This document shows, in pieces, positions 39,433-49,013 of a stretch of DNA of 64,000 nucleotides. The first letter of the stretch is position 1. Each line of letters begins with the position of its first letter. The stretch spans positions 68,084 through 132,083 of the forward strand of contig JBFJXR010000002.1 in the NCBI GenBank assembly GCA_041622995.1. Direction: 5' to 3'. The notes beneath the pieces are model-generated. The model was not told where the DNA came from. It did not search any database and saw only the letters and a program-made list of their open reading frames with translations. The stretch comes from Nevskiales bacterium. Lineage in GTDB: Bacteria > Pseudomonadota > Gammaproteobacteria > Nevskiales > CAJXLF01. A program made the position numbers and the translations under genes.

Positions 39433-41808
39433 ATGAAATTCAGTGAACAATGGCTGCGTGAATGGGTCAACCCCGAGCTGGATACGCAGGCTCTCTGTGA
39501 TCAGCTCAGTATGGCGGGTCTTGAAGTTGACTCAGTTGAGCCGGCTGCGCCGGACTTTGATCATGTTGTGGTCGCGAAGGTCTTGTCAGTTGATGCGCAT
39601 CCTGATGCCGACAAGTTGCGTGTCTGCAAGGTAGATGGCGGCGATGGCGTATCTGTACAAATTGTCTGTGGCGCCAGCAACGTGACAGCGGGAATGAAAG
39701 TACCTCTGGCAAAACTGGGCGCAGTGTTGCCTGGTGGTATGAAAATCAAGCAGGCGAAGCTGCGTGGCGTCGAATCCAGTGGCATGCTTTGTTCTGCGGT
39801 TGAGATTGGTATGGCCGAAGAGGCGGACGGTTTGATGCCGTTGCCGGAAGATGCGCCCGTCGGTACAGATATCCGGGAATATCTGGGTCTGAATGACAAT
39901 ATTATCGATATTGATCTCACGCCGAACCGCGGAGACTGCCTCAGCATCATCGGTGTTGCACGGGAAGTTGCGGCACTTAATGGTATTGCGCTCGTCAACC
40001 GGAAAATTGATGCGGTTAAGGCCCGGCATGACGAGACTCTTTCCGTGGCCATCAAAGATGAGCAGGACTGTTCGCGTTATGTCGGACGCATCATTAAGGG
40101 TCTGGACACAAATGCAACATCACCGCAGTGGATGGTTGAGCGGTTACGTCGTGCAGAAATAAGAAGTATTCACCCGGTCGTAGATGTTACCAATCTTGTC
40201 ATGCTCGAGTTGGGGCAGCCGATGCACGCTTTTGATCTGGCAAAATTGAGCGGTGGCGTACAGGTGCGTCGTGCACAGAACGGTGAAACCTTAAAAGCGC
40301 TTACAGAAGAAATGCTTTCTTTGAGTGCTGACGACCTGGTGATTGCTGACGACAACGGACCGATTGCATTGGCTGGTGTGATGGGCGGGCTTGATAGCGG
40401 TGTTACAGCGCTGACTCAGGATATTCTGTTGGAAAGCGCCTGCTTCCATCCACTCGCAGTAGCGGGTACCGGAAGGCGTCACAAGTTACATACCGATTCA
40501 TCGCATCGCTTTGAACGTGGTGTAGATCCTGAGTTGCAGGAAAAAGCCATTGAACGTGCAACGTCTCTGATCGTTGAGATATGTGGGGGACAGGCGGGCA
40601 GCTTGTTGAGTGCAGGAAAGGGGGCTGGAAAGCGTGCTCCCATTACTTTACGCAGTGCTCGCATCAATCGATTGTTAGGGTTTGAAGTACCAGCAGATCA
40701 GGTTGTCACAATTCTCAAGAGTCTGTTTATGAAGGTAGAGCCTGATGGTGATGGCCAATGGCAGGTCACGGCTCCCGGCTTTCGTTACGACATCCGGATT
40801 GAAGCAGATCTGATAGAAGAAGTCGTCAGGATATACGGTTACGAGCAGCTTCCAGATCGCCCCCAGCAGGTCGCACTCCCCGCAATGGAGTCCAGTGAGA
40901 AAAAGTTAGCGGTTACCCGGTTACGTGAGGCCATGATTCATCGTGGTTATCAGGAAGTGGTGACGTACAGTTTCGTCGACCCTGATAAGCAGGCAGCACT
41001 GATTCCGGATATCGAGGCTATTGATCTTGATAACCCCATCGCCAGACAACTGGGTCAGATGCGTACAAGTCTTTGGCCGGGATTACTAGAAGCGCTGAAT
41101 CACAATATAAAGCGGCAACAGCAAAGGTTGCGCTTGTTCGAGATTGGTATGCGCTTCGAGTCCCGTGCAGAAGAAATTTTCCAGACCCGTGTATTAGGTG
41201 GCCTGGTCTACGGCAATGAATATGTGGAGCAATGGGCAGAAAAGGGCCGGCAAAGTGATTTTTATGCAGTCAAGTCCGATCTTGAAGCCCTGCTGTCACT
41301 GGGGGGTGAGCAGCGTAAAATCCGCTTCGAAGCCACATCACATGTAGCACTGCATCCGGGCATATCTGCCGCTATCAATGTGAATGGGAATGCCATAGGT
41401 AGTTTAGGAAGCATTCACCCTAAGTATTTGAAATTATTTGATTTAGATAATCCTGTCTTCCTATTTGAATTAGACCTGGATGCTTTATGTCAGGTAGAGG
41501 TGCCCAGCTATGAGTCAATGTCGGAATTTCCAGCCACGCGGCGTGATCTGGCACTCGTCATGCCGGAGTCTGTATCTGCAGATGATTTGATTACCTGCAC
41601 AACAGCTTCCGATATAGCACTATTGAATAATGCCTTTGTATTTGACGTTTATCGGGGCGAAGCCTTACCCTCAGGATGTAAAAGTGTCGCTTTAGGCTTG
41701 ATTTTCCAAGATAAATCGCGCACGCTTACCGAGCAAGAGGTAGATGCGAGTGTCATTCGCATTCAGGAGCGACTCAGTCAGGAGCTGGGCGCGAACATCA
41801 GGGGATAA
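39433..41808 (+). CDS. pheT: Phenylalanyl-tRNA synthetase beta subunit
   Basis: 791 aa. MKFSEQWLREWVNP and a tRNA-binding domain, followed by B3/4, B5 and FDX-ACB regions. Confidence 0.96.
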   Translation: MKFSEQWLREWVNPELDTQALCDQLSMAGLEVDSVEPAAPDFDHVVVAKVLSVDAHPDADKLRVCKVDGGDGVSVQIVCGASNVTAGMKVPLAKLGAVLPGGMKIKQAKLRGVESSGMLCSAVEIGMAEEADGLMPLPEDAPVGTDIREYLGLNDNIIDIDLTPNRGDCLSIIGVAREVAALNGIALVNRKIDAVKARHDETLSVAIKDEQDCSRYVGRIIKGLDTNATSPQWMVERLRRAEIRSIHPVVDVTNLVMLELGQPMHAFDLAKLSGGVQVRRAQNGETLKALTEEMLSLSADDLVIADDNGPIALAGVMGGLDSGVTALTQDILLESACFHPLAVAGTGRRHKLHTDSSHRFERGVDPELQEKAIERATSLIVEICGGQAGSLLSAGKGAGKRAPITLRSARINRLLGFEVPADQVVTILKSLFMKVEPDGDGQWQVTAPGFRYDIRIEADLIEEVVRIYGYEQLPDRPQQVALPAMESSEKKLAVTRLREAMIHRGYQEVVTYSFVDPDKQAALIPDIEAIDLDNPIARQLGQMRTSLWPGLLEALNHNIKRQQQRLRLFEIGMRFESRAEEIFQTRVLGGLVYGNEYVEQWAEKGRQSDFYAVKSDLEALLSLGGEQRKIRFEATSHVALHPGISAAINVNGNAIGSLGSIHPKYLKLFDLDNPVFLFELDLDALCQVEVPSYESMSEFPATRRDLALVMPESVSADDLITCTTASDIALLNNAFVFDVYRGEALPSGCKSVALGLIFQDKSRTLTEQEVDASVIRIQERLSQELGANIRG

Positions 41809-41812
41809 ATAG

Positions 41813-42118
41813 ATGGCTCTGACTAAAGCTGAAATAGCTGATGTTCTATTTGAACAACTTGGCCTAAATAAAAGAGAAGCAAAGGAATTTGTTGATCTTT
41901 TTTTTGAGGAGATTAGGACCAAGCTTGAGTCTGGCGAGCAGGTAAAGCTCTCCGGCTTTGGGAACTTTGAGCTACGAGATAAAAACCAAAGACCAGGACG
42001 TAATCCTAAAACAGGCGAGGAGATTCCAATCTCTGCACGTCGTGTCGTTACATTCCGTCCCGGCCAGAAATTACGTGCCAGGGTGGAGAATTATGCGAAC
42101 GGCAACAGCAGAGAGTAA
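41813..42118 (+). CDS. ihfA: Integration host factor alpha subunit
   Basis: 101 aa. [34 protein letters not shown]...[26 protein letters not shown]. Confidence 0.96.
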   Translation: MALTKAEIADVLFEQLGLNKREAKEFVDLFFEEIRTKLESGEQVKLSGFGNFELRDKNQRPGRNPKTGEEIPISARRVVTFRPGQKLRARVENYANGNSRE

Positions 42119-42467
42119 AGAAGTCGCAGAACTGCCGCCGATTCCGCAAAAACGTTATTTTGCTATCGGTGAAGTCAGTGAACTATGTGGCGTAAAGCCA
42201 CATGTGCTTCGGTACTGGGAGCAGGAATTCCCGCAGTTAAAGCCCGTTAAGCGCCGAGGTAATCGTCGCTATTACCAGCATCATGATGTAGTGATGGTCA
42301 GACGTATCCGTGATCTGCTTTATCGTCAGGGTTTTACCATTGGTGGAGCGCGTCAGCGCCTTCGTGAGCAACCCAAAGCCGTTAGATCGGCAGAAACGGC
42401 ACCCAGTTCACCATTGTCACAGCTACGAATCGAGCTTGAATCTCTTATAGAGCTACTTGATAGCTGA
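42093..42467 (+). CDS. MerR-family transcriptional regulator (conserved partner downstream of ihfA)
   Basis: 124 aa from [10 protein letters not shown]. The helix-turn-helix is [25 protein letters not shown]. Its start overlaps the end of ihfA. The longer ORF-track start at 41958 lies wholly inside ihfA. Confidence 0.8.
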   Translation: MRTATAESKEVAELPPIPQKRYFAIGEVSELCGVKPHVLRYWEQEFPQLKPVKRRGNRRYYQHHDVVMVRRIRDLLYRQGFTIGGARQRLREQPKAVRSAETAPSSPLSQLRIELESLIELLDS

Positions 42468-42515
42468 TTAACGCTTTCCAAGAAGACCCTCTTGCGATAG
42501 GATACGCCGCCTTGT

Positions 42516-42592
42516 CGGGGTGTGGCGCAGTCTGGTAGCGCACTTGTCTGGGGGACAAGGGGTCGCAGGTTCGAATCCTGCCTCCCCGACCA
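42516..42592 (+). tRNA. tRNA-Pro (anticodon GGG)
   Basis: CGGGGTGTGGCGCAGTCTGGTAGCGCACTTGTCTGGGGGACAAGGGGTCGCAGGTTCGAATCCTGCCTCCCCGACCA. The anticodon stem is CTTGT/ACAAG and the loop is CTGGGGG. Confidence 0.94.
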
Positions 42593-42864
42593 AATTTTGA
42601 GGCCTATTCAGGCAGCTTACTCAATTATTATTTTCCTACTTTGTATTCGCATTATGTGAATAATTTGTTTTGGCCTGAACTGACAGGGAATTAGGCATAC
42701 ATTGCGCTTCACGTTTGAATTGGCTAATTGCATACTTGCTTCATTCTTGGCCTAATCCTTTTGTATTCATGGAATTTTTTGTGTCTTAAGTGTCATTACT
42801 TTGATGCATGCGATTGAACTGCTAGTATCACTCCGGTCCAGATGAAACTTTAGTTTCATTAGAA

Positions 42865-43410
42865 ATGAATTCGATTTTTGATTTGAAAATACGTATGCAC
42901 CGATTTCTGAAAATTCTGCCGGTACTGGCCATTATCTGGTCATCAAATGCGTTTGCAGTCGGTATCGGTCAACCGGCCCCGGCCTTTGAACGTGTGCCTT
43001 TAATGGGTGGCGAGCCTATAGAGTTAAAGGATTATCTGGGTCAGGTTGTATATCTGGACTTTTGGGCCTCCTGGTGTGGACCCTGTCGTCAGGCAATGCC
43101 GCTCATGAATTCCATGTATCAGGAGCTATCAGGCCAGGGGTTTACAGTGTTGGCTGTTAATCTTGATGCCTATGTTGATGAGGCCTTGAGGTTTATCAAG
43201 CAACACCCGGTTCAATATCCCATGGTTAGAGATACGGGGGGCGTGTTGCCTGAGTTGTATGGTTTAACAGGTATGCCAACAGCGTACCTTATAGATAGAA
43301 ATGGAAAGGTTCGATATATACACCACGGATTCAAAAGAAGCGATGTCGTACGTATTCGTCATGCTGTCGAGAGTTTGCTGGCAGAATCACAATATAAAAC
43401 AGATCATTAA
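42865..43410 (+). CDS. Periplasmic thiol:disulfide oxidoreductase (TlpA/ResA-like thioredoxin fold)
   Basis: 181 aa with a signal peptide and the active site WASWCGPCRQ. Confidence 0.88.
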   Translation: MNSIFDLKIRMHRFLKILPVLAIIWSSNAFAVGIGQPAPAFERVPLMGGEPIELKDYLGQVVYLDFWASWCGPCRQAMPLMNSMYQELSGQGFTVLAVNLDAYVDEALRFIKQHPVQYPMVRDTGGVLPELYGLTGMPTAYLIDRNGKVRYIHHGFKRSDVVRIRHAVESLLAESQYKTDH

Positions 43411-43436
43411 GTGGCGAGACAATCATGGGTGAGGTC

Positions 43437-43661
43437 ATGAAATACATTATTTGCGTAGTGACAAGTGTTTTCCTGCTGACCTTGAGCAGTGGATGTGCAA
43501 TCAAGAAGGTAGAAGCCTGGGAGCGTGGTGATCTTGCCCGTACGGAAATGGCATTTGAACCTGATGCCCAGCAGGCGGCTTACCGCTCACATGTTTATTT
43601 CAGCAAGGAAGCCAGTTCCGGCGGAGCATCGGCGGGTGGTGGTGGATGTGGCTGCAACTAA
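43437..43661 (+). CDS. DUF4266-type small lipoprotein
   Basis: 74 aa from MKYIICVV. Lipobox LSSGC. Contains WERGDLARTEMAFEPD. The C-terminus is Gly-rich and ends GGGGCGCN. A GTGAGG Shine-Dalgarno precedes the 43437 ATG. Confidence 0.7.
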   Translation: MKYIICVVTSVFLLTLSSGCAIKKVEAWERGDLARTEMAFEPDAQQAAYRSHVYFSKEASSGGASAGGGGCGCN

Positions 43662-43670
43662 GGACTATCT

Positions 43671-44894
43671 ATGAGCGCAGGTAATGGGCAAAAGAAGAAA
43701 GCCAGTCGCACACTCATTGCCCTTGCGGGGTCCGCACTGGGCTTGCCGGGTATTTCAGGCAAGGCCCTGGCGGTAACCCAGGGTGAAGCTGAAGTAGACT
43801 ATAGCTATTCTCTTTATCAAGAAGAGGATATGCCGAGGGAGAAACAGTCCGGCGCGACGAGTGATACGGAGCGGTACACCATTGATACACATCAACTCCG
43901 GGTTGTGCGTCCATGGGGTGATACTTACGATCTCACGGTCGATTTACTCTACGAAACCATGTCAGGTGCATCACCCTGGTATGTATTGCCCAATCCTGAT
44001 CCTAATCAAAGTGAAAAACCGTTACAGGTCATGAGCGGCGCGTCTGGCATTGAAGATACCCGTAAGGATGTGCTGGCAAAAGTACGAAAAATTTATGACG
44101 ATTCTGCTGGAGCAGTCTCGCTGGGTTATTCAACTGAAGACGACTACACCTCCGTTAATATGGCCCTGGAAGGTGTCTGGGAACTCGACGACAAACAAAA
44201 AACCGTTACGTTGGGCATCGGAGGCAGTGACGATGACATCGAGCCTGTCGATACGCATCGTTTTCCCGGTCGCGTAGAACATGAAACAAAAACCAGCATT
44301 AGTGCGTATGCCGGTTTGTCTATGGTCATTGATGCCCAGACCATTGTTCAAAGCAGTGTAAGCTTTACCCGTCAAAATGGTTTTCTATCTGATCCCTATA
44401 AGCTGGCATTCGTCTCCGGGACTCTGGTGCAGGACAGTCGCCCAGATGGCCGGGAGCAATTCACCTGGCTTACACGCCTAAGGCGTTTTTTTCCTGAATG
44501 GCTGGGTGCGTTACACGCAGATTATCGATTCTATGATGACGATTGGGGAGTAGAATCGCACACGATTGATCTTGGATGGCATCAGAATTTTTCCGGGCAA
44601 TTGCAGTTGATACCTTCAATCAGGTATTACACCCAGAGTCAGGCTTATTTCTATGCGCCTTATTACAATGCGCCTCGTAATGACAATTTCGCCTCCAGTG
44701 ATTACCGTTTGTCACCTTATGGTGCTTTGAGTTTTAGACTTGATGCTGTCAAGAAAATTGGCACATGGGCCTTCAGGCTGGGTTGGGAGATGTATGACAG
44801 TGATTCCGATCTTGCCATCAAGAGTGTGAAAGTCGAAAACCCGGGGCTGATTGAGTTCAGTAACTTCAGGATAAGTATCAGTAAATACTTCTAA
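43671..44894 (+). CDS. DUF3570-type protein, predicted outer-membrane beta-barrel
   Basis: 407 aa. Signal peptide ending GKALA. Alternating aromatic/polar beta-strand-like sequence. The C-terminus FRISISKYF ends in Phe, like an OMP beta-signal. It contains SGAT (43848-43859) and two SGAS motifs (43962-43973 and 44034-44045). Confidence 0.65.
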   Translation: MSAGNGQKKKASRTLIALAGSALGLPGISGKALAVTQGEAEVDYSYSLYQEEDMPREKQSGATSDTERYTIDTHQLRVVRPWGDTYDLTVDLLYETMSGASPWYVLPNPDPNQSEKPLQVMSGASGIEDTRKDVLAKVRKIYDDSAGAVSLGYSTEDDYTSVNMALEGVWELDDKQKTVTLGIGGSDDDIEPVDTHRFPGRVEHETKTSISAYAGLSMVIDAQTIVQSSVSFTRQNGFLSDPYKLAFVSGTLVQDSRPDGREQFTWLTRLRRFFPEWLGALHADYRFYDDDWGVESHTIDLGWHQNFSGQLQLIPSIRYYTQSQAYFYAPYYNAPRNDNFASSDYRLSPYGALSFRLDAVKKIGTWAFRLGWEMYDSDSDLAIKSVKVENPGLIEFSNFRISISKYF

Positions 44895-44911
44895 TTACGG
44901 GGTTTTGGATC

Positions 44912-45817
44912 GTGGCTGAAAAATTGCTGGAATGGCATTTTTCATTCTTTGCCATGGGCAGTCCATGTCAGTTGCGAATTTACCTTGAGGAAAAGGAAGA
45001 GGCCGAAGAAGTCTCGTACCGGATTCAGAGCGAAGTGGCTCGTCTTGAACAACTCTACTCCCGATATCGGGACGATAGTGTTGTAACAAAAATCAATCGT
45101 TCGGCGGGCAAGGCTGCACTGACAGTCGATCCGGAAACTGCGGGATTACTCGATTATGCTCAAACCGTCTACGAGCAAAGCGATGGCCTTTTTGATATTA
45201 CTTCCGGGATATTACGATCTGCATGGGATTTTAAATCCGGCATATTTCCTGAACCGGTTCAGATTGAAAAAATTCTTCCACTCGTAGATTGGTCAATGGT
45301 TGAATGGAATTCGCCAAATATACGGCTACCAGAAATAGGGATGGAACTGGATTTTGGTGGCTACGTTAAAGAGTATGCTGTTGATGCCGCAGCCAGGCTT
45401 TGTGGTGAACTGGGTGTAAGCCACGGCATGATTGATCTGGGTGGGGATATTCACATTATCGGCCCACATCCCGACGGGAGTGCCTGGCATGTGGGGATTC
45501 GAAACCCTCGTTCACCTGAAGATGCAATTGTAAGTGTGGATTTGCAGTCCGGAGCAATCGCAAGCAGTGGTGATTACGAACGTTTTATGGAAGTTGATGG
45601 AAAGCGATATTGCCATATTCTTAACCCGAAGACGGGCTGGCCATGTGAGGGCCTGGCGGCAGTGGCTGTGGCAGCACCTATTTGTCTTCTGGCTGGCACT
45701 GCGAGCACCATCGCCATGCTGAAAGGTCGAGAGGCTGGGCCTGAATGGCTTAAAGAACTCGGGTTACCGTATTTCTGGGTGGCTACAGACGGTGAATCTG
45801 GCGGTGATCTGGTTTGA
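44912..45817 (+). CDS. apbE: FAD:protein FMN transferase (ApbE family)
   Basis: 301 aa. FFAMGSPCQL, FGGYVKEYAVD, DLGGDIHIIG, and SSGDYERF...HILNPKTG. GTG start. A stop codon at 44882-44884 leaves no room for a signal peptide. Confidence 0.88.
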   Translation: MAEKLLEWHFSFFAMGSPCQLRIYLEEKEEAEEVSYRIQSEVARLEQLYSRYRDDSVVTKINRSAGKAALTVDPETAGLLDYAQTVYEQSDGLFDITSGILRSAWDFKSGIFPEPVQIEKILPLVDWSMVEWNSPNIRLPEIGMELDFGGYVKEYAVDAAARLCGELGVSHGMIDLGGDIHIIGPHPDGSAWHVGIRNPRSPEDAIVSVDLQSGAIASSGDYERFMEVDGKRYCHILNPKTGWPCEGLAAVAVAAPICLLAGTASTIAMLKGREAGPEWLKELGLPYFWVATDGESGGDLV

Positions 45818-45831
45818 CAGGTTGATTTACC

Positions 45832-46281
45832 TTACCAACGATTCTGATTCCACCTCTCCGGGTTAGCCCAATGTTTGGCATTTAGCCAGTCCGGTGTGCT
45901 CTTGTAGTTGTTGATGTCGAAACCATAAAGGGTAAAACCTTTATCTTGCTGTAACTGATGAAAGCCGAGCGATATCGCGTCTTTGGGCGTCCACGGTGCT
46001 GCTTCGCCTAATACCCAGAATACCTTTTGTGCATTAATGTCGCGCATACGTGCGATGAGTGCCTCAGCAGAGGCATGGGTTAATGCGCCGGGTAGATCGG
46101 TGAGTACCGCATAGTCGAAATGCACATTTTCATGCTTTTCAATTTCTGCTTCATCAGGGATGCAGTGAGTGCAGGGCAAGTTCAGCGGCAGGTCATCGGA
46201 GGTGGTTGAGACCCATAACACTGTCGTGGCTGTGTCGGCATCAATATGTTGGCAAATGCCGTTAATTATTTCTGGAGTCAT
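45832..46281 (-). CDS. Conserved hypothetical protein
   Basis: 149-aa ORF with coding-like composition, convergent with apbE. I cannot assign a family with confidence. Confidence 0.5.
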   Translation of the reverse strand: MTPEIINGICQHIDADTATTVLWVSTTSDDLPLNLPCTHCIPDEAEIEKHENVHFDYAVLTDLPGALTHASAEALIARMRDINAQKVFWVLGEAAPWTPKDAISLGFHQLQQDKGFTLYGFDINNYKSTPDWLNAKHWANPERWNQNRW

Positions 46282-46353
46282 GCGAATTTCTTGTCGTGAC
46301 GGAGAGTCGGCCTTCCTGTAGTATACGCGCCCTCACATCGCAAGCGTTTAAAC

Positions 46354-47452
46354 ATGAGCGAAATCAACCATATAAAGTCCAGGATCAAAGCTCTGCAGGA
46401 CCGCTTCGCGGCTCTGCGGAGCTATCTTTGAATACGAAGAGAAGTGTGACCGCCTCGCTGAAGTAGAGGGCGAACTTGAAAATCCCGATGTCTGGAACAA
46501 GCCTGAGCAGGCACAGGAGCTAGGTCGGGAGCGTGCGCGTCTGGAAGCCATAATTCAGCCCCTCAAAACAGCCGCAACAAGTCTTGATGATGCTGCAGAA
46601 CTGCTGGATATGGCAGTTGAAGAAGGGGATGATTCAGCAGTCGCGGAAATTGAATCCGAAGTGACAGAGTTTGAGGCCGCTGCAGATAAACTTGAATTCC
46701 AACGCATGTTTTCCGGTGAAGCTGATACCTGTAATGCCTTTCTTGATATTCAGGCAGGGTCCGGCGGTACTGAAGCGCAGGACTGGGCAGAAATGATTTT
46801 GCGTATGTATCTGCGCTGGGGCGAGGCGCATGGCTACAAAACCGAGCTGACTGAATGTTCTTCAGGCGATGTAGCGGGAATCAAAAGCGCCACCATTCGT
46901 TTTGAGGGTGACTATGCTTTTGGCTGGTTGAGGACAGAAACGGGTGTGCATCGTCTTGTACGCAAATCGCCTTTTGATTCAGGCGCACGTAGACATACAT
47001 CATTTGCATCCGTATTTGTTTCTCCGGAAATCGATGACAGCTTCGAGGTTGAGATTAACCCGGCTGATCTCAGGGTGGATGTCTATCGTGCCAGTGGCGC
47101 CGGTGGGCAGCATGTGAACCGTACCGAATCAGCCGTGCGTATCACGCATGAACCGACCAATATTGTGGTTCAATGTCAGAGCGAGCGATCACAGCATCAA
47201 AATAAAGACCGATGCATGAAACAGCTGCGGGCCAAGCTTTATGAGTTTGAAATGCAGAAGCGCCGCGCCGACCAGCAAGTAATTGAAGACAATAAGGCGG
47301 ATATCGGCTGGGGCAGCCAGATACGTTCTTACGTGCTGGACCAGTCGCGCATCAAGGATTTACGTACTGGCGTTGAAACCGGTAATACACAAGCGGTACT
47401 TGATGGGTCGCTTGATCAGTTTATTGAAGAAAGTTTAAAGCAGGGTCTCTAG
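46354..47452 (+). CDS. prfB: Peptide chain release factor 2, expressed through a programmed +1 frameshift: join(46354..46428, 46430..47452)
   Basis: Frame 0 reads [25 protein letters not shown] and then TGA at 46429-46431. The slippery site is CGGAGC-UAU-CUU-UGA. The +1 frame continues [34 protein letters not shown]...MAVEEGDD into the 46610 ORF. SPF and GGQ (SGAGGQHVN) motifs are present. Total length is 365 aa, the same as E. coli RF2. Confidence 0.93.
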
Positions 47453-47455
47453 GAC

Positions 47456-48958
47456 ATGTCAGACGATAATCAATCGCCACAAGACGAAAACAAGCTCATT
47501 GCTGAACGTCGTAACAAGCTGGGTGCACTACGTGAGCAGGGAAACGCCTTCCCGAATGACTTTCGACGAGACAGTCTGGCAGCGGATTTAACTTCCGAGC
47601 TGGGTGAACTGGACAACGACGGTCTGGAAACTGCCAACAGGCAGGTCAGTATTGCAGGCCGAATGATGGCCAAGCGTGTGATGGGTAAGGCCAGCTTCTG
47701 CCAACTCCAGGATATGTCAGGCCGTATGCAGGCTTTCGTACAACGTGATGCTGTAGGCGAGGATATCTACAGGGATTTTAAAACCTGGGATGTGGGAGAC
47801 ATCGTTGCAGTACAGGGCACGATGTTTAAAACCAAGACCGGTGAGTTATCCGTACGCGCCGAGTCGATTCGCCTGTTAACCAAATCATTGCGCCCTTTGC
47901 CTGAAAAATGGCATGGACTTACCGATACCGAAACCCGTTATCGCCAGCGTTATGTCGATCTAATCATGAATCCCGAAGCACGCGAGGTGTTCACCGTGCG
48001 CAATCAGGCGATTCGTTATATCCGGGACTTTCTGGACGCGCGTGGATTTCTTGAAGTGGAAACGCCGATGCTGCAACCACTGGCCGGTGGCGCTGCAGCA
48101 CGTCCGTTCACAACCCATCACAATGCGCTGGATACCGATATGTATCTGCGAATCGCACCCGAGCTTTACTTAAAGCGCCTGGTGGTAGGTGGTTTTGAGA
48201 AAGTTTATGAAATTAACCGTAACTTCCGGAATGAGGGCCTTTCGACACGTCACAATCCCGAATTCACTATGCTGGAGTTCTATCAGGCCTATGCGGACTA
48301 TCGTGACCTGATCGATCTTACCGAAGAACTCTTGCGCGGCATGGTGCAGAAAATCACAGGCAGTGACCAGATTAATTATCAGGGTGATGTATACGACTTC
48401 GGTAAACCTTTCGCTCGCTTCACCATGAAAGAGTCCGTTGTGCACTTCAATCCTGATATTGATGCGGCGAGGCTGGATGATGTCGACTACCTGCGTGAGC
48501 AACTTGTCGCCAATAAGGCTAAAGTCGACGATAGCTGGGGCGCGGGCAAACTGCTTACCGAACTATTCGAGAAAGTGGCTGAACATCTTCTGATGCAGCC
48601 GACATTTATTACAGAGTACCCAACCGAAGTTTCGCCATTGGCACGCCGCAATGACGACAACCCGGAAGTAACCGATCGCTTCGAATTTTTCTGTGGCGGC
48701 CGTGAAATCGGCAATGGCTTCTCGGAGCTTAATGACGCCGAGGATCAGGCAGAACGATTCCAGGCACAAGTTGATGCCAAGGAAGCCGGCGACGATGAAG
48801 CAATGTTTTACGATGCCGACTACGTACGTGCTCTGGAATACGGTCTGCCACCCACAGCAGGCGAGGGTATTGGTATAGATCGGCTGGTCATGCTGCTCAC
48901 TGACAGTCCCTCAATCAGGGATGTTTTACTTTTCCCGCAGATGCGGCCAGAGGCATAA
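47456..48958 (+). CDS. lysS: Lysyl-tRNA synthetase (class II)
   Basis: 500 aa. [30 protein letters not shown], and [12 protein letters not shown]. prfB-lysS synteny matches E. coli. Confidence 0.96.
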   Translation: MSDDNQSPQDENKLIAERRNKLGALREQGNAFPNDFRRDSLAADLTSELGELDNDGLETANRQVSIAGRMMAKRVMGKASFCQLQDMSGRMQAFVQRDAVGEDIYRDFKTWDVGDIVAVQGTMFKTKTGELSVRAESIRLLTKSLRPLPEKWHGLTDTETRYRQRYVDLIMNPEAREVFTVRNQAIRYIRDFLDARGFLEVETPMLQPLAGGAAARPFTTHHNALDTDMYLRIAPELYLKRLVVGGFEKVYEINRNFRNEGLSTRHNPEFTMLEFYQAYADYRDLIDLTEELLRGMVQKITGSDQINYQGDVYDFGKPFARFTMKESVVHFNPDIDAARLDDVDYLREQLVANKAKVDDSWGAGKLLTELFEKVAEHLLMQPTFITEYPTEVSPLARRNDDNPEVTDRFEFFCGGREIGNGFSELNDAEDQAERFQAQVDAKEAGDDEAMFYDADYVRALEYGLPPTAGEGIGIDRLVMLLTDSPSIRDVLLFPQMRPEA

Positions 48959-49013
48959 CACTGTCATTCCGACTGCAGGCACAACGTGCCGGAATGGAAA
49001 ATCACTTAATTAA

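Noticed and set aside
39506-40667. Cluster of antisense or out-of-frame ORFs inside pheT (147-164 aa). Similar cases occur inside the FG-GAP gene (28085..28564), sdhA (55228..55665, 55824..56174) and recQ (49844..50356).
   Set aside because: All are fully contained in strongly supported genes, have Arg/Ser/Pro-rich low-complexity translations, and resemble no family. They are typical shadow ORFs of GC-richer genes.
41958-42092. Long form (169 aa) of the MerR-family ORF
   Set aside because: The first 45 codons lie entirely within ihfA in another frame. The MerR helix-turn-helix protein is complete from the ATG at 42093.
42516-45817. Genomic island integrated at tRNA-Pro
   Set aside because: I see no integrase, no direct repeat of the tRNA 3' end, and no mobility genes. 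The ihfA-merR-tRNA-Pro arrangement is a conserved core layout. Only the AT-rich spacer is unusual.
46348-46551. 67-aa minus-strand ORF ([12 protein letters not shown]...)
   Set aside because: It lies antisense to the prfB 5' region and frameshift site. It has a low-complexity Ser/Arg composition and is explained by the RF2 join.
48959-49013. Possible terminator hairpin after lysS (CATTCC...GGCAC-AAC-GTGCC-GGAATG)
   Set aside because: The stem is interrupted by a 7-nt bulge and is not followed by a T-run. That is too weak to call a rho-independent terminator.
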